From positions 160,557 to 224,556 of the forward strand of contig JBIKIF010000001.1 in the NCBI GenBank assembly GCA_044361745.1: 64,000 nucleotides of DNA, read 5' to 3'. A model generated the notes under the pieces. It did no database searches and was not told where the DNA came from. It worked only from the letters and a program-made list of their open reading frames with translations. This stretch comes from Holosporales bacterium (GTDB lineage: Bacteria > Pseudomonadota > Alphaproteobacteria > Holosporales > CAZGKG01). Within the stretch, counting starts at the first letter, position 1; the number at the start of each line of letters is the position of its first letter. The position numbers and the translations under genes were made by a program. Positions 60,269-64,000 of this stretch are shown here, one piece after another.

Positions 60269-62019
60269 GGCGTTCTCTGAATCATTCCTTGGATCAACAT
60301 GTTCGTGTTGTAAGCCATCATATCCATGTAATTGGAGGCGGGAGAGTCTGCCTCCGACAGCGCATCTGAATAGAGGGTTCCTCCGATGCGAATCCCGGTC
60401 TCTTCAGAGATCTGATACAGAGTTTGAGGGTTGATCATATTTTCCAGAAAAATAATATTGAAATGTTTTCTTTTGGCCGCGTCTAGCATCTCTTGCATTT
60501 TTTTTGGAGAGGGTTCCACATCTGTGCTGAGCCCCCAAGGAGAGAGAAAAGACACCCCATAAGCTTGGCCAAAATACCCAAACCCATCGTGGGTCGTCAG
60601 AACCCGGCGGCGCTTTTGGGGCACACGGGACATTTGTCGCCGAATCCAACGATCGAGCAAAGCAAGCCGTTGATCGTAAGCGCGCATTCTCTGATCAATG
60701 ATGGCGGCCTTTTGGGGGAGCCGTTTTTTAAGAGCCTGCCCAATGTTTTGAATGTACAGTCTTGCGAATTCAACGTTGTGCCAGGCATGGGGATCGGTGA
60801 CCGGTTGCTGTCCCATCAGGAGGGTACGTGGCAGGCATCCTTCAGAGGCAATGACCACTTGTTTTTGTGCTTTTAAGAAGCGCTCCATCCAATGGCCTTC
60901 AAGATTCAGACCGTTGACAATAATAAGGTCCGCTTTGATCAAGGCGATGATATCTGTAGGGCTGGGATCATAGGTGTGGGGGTCACCATCGGGTCCGACC
61001 AGGGTCTTGATCCGGACAAAATCATTTGCGAGCTCTTTAACGAAATCCTCAAGGATCGTAAAGCTGACAACGACTTGGGGCCGTTTATCTTGGTGAGAAT
61101 TTTCTTCCTCTGGAGGCGGGAGAAACATCAAAAGCCCTATAACCAATCCGAGAAGAGCAAGAGCACTTCCACGATTCCAACAGCGCTGGATCAAAATGGC
61201 GAGACCATAAAGTCCCCCAGAGACTAAAATAATGGCCGGTCCGGAAGGGCATGCCGCATGATAGGAGAGGAGAAGTCCTAAATAGCTGGAAAGGCATCCC
61301 AAGCCTGTGGCGCAGAGAGCCATTGTCCATACTTGTTTTGCAAACAAACGGGCGGTGATGGCGGGCAGCAAGAGAAGGCCCAGAGCCATCAAGGTTCCCA
61401 GCGCTTGAAATGCGGAGACCAAATTGACCGTGACGAGAGCGATAAACACGGCGTCAATGACTGGGATCTTCCCGCCGATTGATTTGAAAAAGAGGGGATC
61501 AAATGATCGCAAGACCAAAGGTCGATAAAGGAATGTGATGGCGGCCAGGCTGATGCTAGAGATGGAGGCAATCCAAAAAAGTCCTTCCTTTGACAGGGAT
61601 AAGACAGTCCCCAAGAGGACATGCATTAAATCTAAATGGTTCCCAAAAATCGCAAGGATTAAAAGACCAAGCGCTGTGGAAATGAGAAACATAGCGGTAA
61701 AACTACTATCGATACTCAGGCGTGTATTATGATGAATCCACTGGGACGTGAACGCCAGTGTCAGTCCTGCACAAATGCCGCCGATGGATAGGCCAACGAT
61801 GGAAAACCCTGAGATGAGAAACGCAAGGGCAATCCCGGGAAGAAGGCCGTGGGTCAGGGCGTCCCCGACCAGGCTCATGCGCCGTAAAACCATAAAAGTT
61901 CCAATAGGCCCACATCCGATCGACAGGGCGCAGCAGCCAATCAAAGCTTTCCGCAAAAAAACATAGTTCAAAAATGGATCTAAGAAAAAATGAGAAAGAC
62001 TGTCGACCCAATGGCTCAT
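60265..62019 (-). CDS. metal ABC permease fused to cluster A-I substrate-binding domain
   Basis: N-half LRRMSLVGDALTH..LPG; C-half DPHTY, DPHAWH, THDGFGY, YSDAL; one continuous 584-aa frame. Confidence 0.9.
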   Translation of the reverse strand: MSHWVDSLSHFFLDPFLNYVFLRKALIGCCALSIGCGPIGTFMVLRRMSLVGDALTHGLLPGIALAFLISGFSIVGLSIGGICAGLTLAFTSQWIHHNTRLSIDSSFTAMFLISTALGLLILAIFGNHLDLMHVLLGTVLSLSKEGLFWIASISSISLAAITFLYRPLVLRSFDPLFFKSIGGKIPVIDAVFIALVTVNLVSAFQALGTLMALGLLLLPAITARLFAKQVWTMALCATGLGCLSSYLGLLLSYHAACPSGPAIILVSGGLYGLAILIQRCWNRGSALALLGLVIGLLMFLPPPEEENSHQDKRPQVVVSFTILEDFVKELANDFVRIKTLVGPDGDPHTYDPSPTDIIALIKADLIIVNGLNLEGHWMERFLKAQKQVVIASEGCLPRTLLMGQQPVTDPHAWHNVEFARLYIQNIGQALKKRLPQKAAIIDQRMRAYDQRLALLDRWIRRQMSRVPQKRRRVLTTHDGFGYFGQAYGVSFLSPWGLSTDVEPSPKKMQEMLDAAKRKHFNIIFLENMINPQTLYQISEETGIRIGGTLYSDALSEADSPASNYMDMMAYNTNMLIQGMIQRTP

Positions 62020-62747
62020 TGTGCGGCGCCTTCCCAGGTTTGGGCGACGCTGTAAGCGGTCTCTAGATTTTCAGAGGTTAAGACATCTTTTGTCAGACCA
62101 AAATGGGAGAAACTTCGTGCCAGTAGAAGAACATGGGTGAAAAATTGACGGACAATCTCTAAATCGTGCAGAACAATCAATTGGGTTTGCCCGCTTTGAT
62201 TCCATCTGTTGATCAGGGTCATGAGATCTATCTTTGTGGGCTCGTCCACACCGGTCATGGGCTCATCTAAAAAAACAATGGAGGCTTGTTGAACCATCAG
62301 GCGTGCAAACAAAACCCTTTGAAACTGACCTCCTGAAAGAGCTTGAATGGATTGCAGGGCAAAACCAGGAAGCCCAACAGTTATCAGGGCATCCTCAACA
62401 GAGTGTCTATGGGGGCCTGTCATTGATTTCAGCCAACCGACCCGTGGACAAAGACCTCCTGACACAACATCTTGAACCAACAAGGGGAAATCTCTCTGCA
62501 GGGTCGACCTTTGGGGCAGGTAAGCAGTTTCTAAAGGGGGGAAAGCTCGGTCTATGGTGCCCGCCTGAACAAGCTCAGATCCTTGAATGGAGAGAACCTC
62601 CAGAAGGGTTGATTTCCCTCCCCCATTCGGGCCGACAATGGCTACCTGTGCCCCGGAAGGAACGGCAAAAGAAAGGTTTTCAATAATTGGAATATTTTTG
62701 CGATTGAGAGATAAATCTTGGACAGAAATCATTGAAGCAGTATGCAT
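62016..62747 (-). CDS. metal ABC ATP-binding protein
   Basis: GPNGGGKST, YLPQ, LSGGQFQRVLFAR, LDEP, LHD. Confidence 0.92.
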   Translation of the reverse strand: MHTASMISVQDLSLNRKNIPIIENLSFAVPSGAQVAIVGPNGGGKSTLLEVLSIQGSELVQAGTIDRAFPPLETAYLPQRSTLQRDFPLLVQDVVSGGLCPRVGWLKSMTGPHRHSVEDALITVGLPGFALQSIQALSGGQFQRVLFARLMVQQASIVFLDEPMTGVDEPTKIDLMTLINRWNQSGQTQLIVLHDLEIVRQFFTHVLLLARSFSHFGLTKDVLTSENLETAYSVAQTWEGAAQ

Positions 62748-62877
62748 CGTCGGACTCTCGATATTTGAAAGGGGATTCTCTGGAGAGAATCCAACATGCG
62801 TTCTGGAGCCTGAAAAATCTTTGATTATCGGTATTTGATGGTGGCATCAAAAGAATCAAAGCCTCCCATGACCCTTT

Positions 62878-62991
62878 TTATAGACCGAGAAGAACGATCC
62901 AAAGAGGGGCCAAAAAAGCGGCAACTAAACTTATTCGGTGTGTGATTCCCCATTCCGAGAATTTTTCACCACGCATATCGACCCGTTTCAT
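62878..62991 (-). CDS. putative 37-aa membrane microprotein heading the metal ABC operon
   Basis: AAGAGGTG RBS; MKRVDMRGEKFSEWGITHRISLVAAFLAPLWIVLLGL. Confidence 0.55.
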   Translation of the reverse strand: MKRVDMRGEKFSEWGITHRISLVAAFLAPLWIVLLGL

Positions 62992-63006
62992 CGACACCTC
63001 TTAATT

Positions 63007-63025
63007 GAAAATGAAAATCATTATC
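63007..63025. promoter_or_regulatory. Fur/Mur-type box
   Basis: GAAAATGAAAATCATTATC, 17/19 match to GATAATGATAATCATTATC, upstream of the metal ABC operon. Confidence 0.75.
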
Positions 63026-63219
63026 AATTAGTACGTCATTCTAAGGGGGCTGTCAAGCATCAGGCGGATCTGGGTTTTGAGGGTCTTTTTTGGAAAAAAT
63101 CAAATTGCTTAGGGGGTGAGAAGGATTTAACGATTCTTTGAAGACTGTTTTGTCAAAATGACACTCTATTTAAGAGGAGCCTCCATTTGCTGCGTCTTCA
63201 TTTTTTAGTTCGACTGATC

Positions 63220-64000
63220 ATGAAAAGTGTATGGGTGTGGATGCTCTTCGTGTCTTGGGGTCTTGCGCCAGCGAACTGTGGCGGTCTTGAGGACCGCGTT
63301 GTTCAAAAAAATTCTGGTGCTGGGGCGCCTGGTGCTGGGGCAGCTTCGCCACCTGGAGCGCCTGGTGCTGGGGCGCCTGGTGCTGGGGCAGCTTCGCCAC
63401 CTGGAGCGCCTGGTGCTGGGGCGCCTGGTGCTGGGGCAGCTTCGCCACCTGGAGCGCCTGGTGCTGGGGCGAATAATATGAACGACCCTAACAATCCCAA
63501 CAATCCTTACAACCCTAACAACCCTTATCAACAGGGAGGCATGGGGTCCTCAGGTTTTGGCAGTCAATTCGGAAACAACATTCCTGGGATTTTTGGTGGA
63601 ATTTCTGCGGCCCAAGACTTTTATAAAAGCCAAAAATGCAAGAAAGGGTGCACAATGGAATCGTGCACAGATCCTTCCCAATGCACATGGTGTCGTGCCA
63701 ATTGTTTGCCAACCCCACCTGTGCCCTGTATGCAAGCGTGCCAAGAGGGCGGTGGGAATGAGGGTGGTGAAGAAGAGGGTGGTGAAGAAGAGGGTGGTGA
63801 AGAAGAGGGGGAAGGTGGTGACATGCCTCCAGAAGAGGGTGAAGATGATGGCTCTGGAGGCGGCGAAGAATCGTCCGAAGAAGATGTCGATTTTAGCGAA
63901 GGGGGGGATGAGGACGAGGAAGATGAATCTGAGGAAGGCGGCGCTGAAGGTGAGGAAGGTGGCGCTGAGGGTGAGGAAGGTGGCGCTGAGGGTGAGGAAG
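63220..64000 (+). CDS. secreted low-complexity repeat protein, truncated by window end
   Basis: open frame from ATG 63220 to the end: signal-like N-terminus, GAP repeats, NPY repeats, 8-Cys module, Glu/Gly-rich tail; absent from the ORF track because it has no stop. Confidence 0.8.
   Translation, partial: MKSVWVWMLFVSWGLAPANCGGLEDRVVQKNSGAGAPGAGAASPPGAPGAGAPGAGAASPPGAPGAGAPGAGAASPPGAPGAGANNMNDPNNPNNPYNPNNPYQQGGMGSSGFGSQFGNNIPGIFGGISAAQDFYKSQKCKKGCTMESCTDPSQCTWCRANCLPTPPVPCMQACQEGGGNEGGEEEGGEEEGGEEEGEGGDMPPEEGEDDGSGGGEESSEEDVDFSEGGDEDEEDESEEGGAEGEEGGAEGEEGGAEGEE
63314..63471 (+). repeat. 48-bp coding tandem repeat x3.3
   Basis: unit CCTGGTGCTGGGGCGCCTGGTGCTGGGGCAGCTTCGCCACCTGGAGCG (PGAGAPGAGAASPPGA). 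Confidence 0.95.
63940..64000 (+). repeat. 21-bp coding tandem repeat (GAEGEEG), runs off window
   Basis: GGCGCTGAGGGTGAGGAAGGT about x3. Confidence 0.85.

Noticed and set aside
63314-63471. Possible CRISPR array
   Set aside because: Head-to-tail 48-bp in-frame repeats with no unique spacers and no cas genes in the window.

Overview
A roughly 50% GC chromosomal segment of an alphaproteobacterium, most likely a Holosporales/Rickettsiales-like endosymbiont. This is inferred from the Shemin-pathway hemA, TIGR02300 and DUF3576 proteins, a type 2 IPP isomerase, a ProP-like MFS transporter, heavily scrambled operons, and isolated T6SS and flagellar genes. About 60 mostly housekeeping CDSs are present, plus tRNA-Leu(CAA), tRNA-Cys(GCA), a frameshifting prfB, and decayed IS5 and IS1 fragments. 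No CRISPR array, rRNA or prophage was seen. Best leads: (1) an orphan ~260-nt highly structured minus-strand element at 22.4-22.7 kb, possibly an IS110 left end/bridge RNA with no recombinase nearby; (2) dusB coupled to a stand-alone NtrC C-terminal HTH protein, i.e. a Fis-like protein in an alphaproteobacterium; (3) an ABC exporter translationally coupled inside petB-petC; (4) tssE and tssK dispersed among housekeeping genes; (5) a metal ABC permease fused to its binding protein, behind a near-perfect Fur box and an unannotated 37-aa ORF; (6) a GGSLG-type TGT plus a nucleoside hydrolase, suggesting host queuine salvage. All family calls come from motif recognition by eye; no database searches were run.
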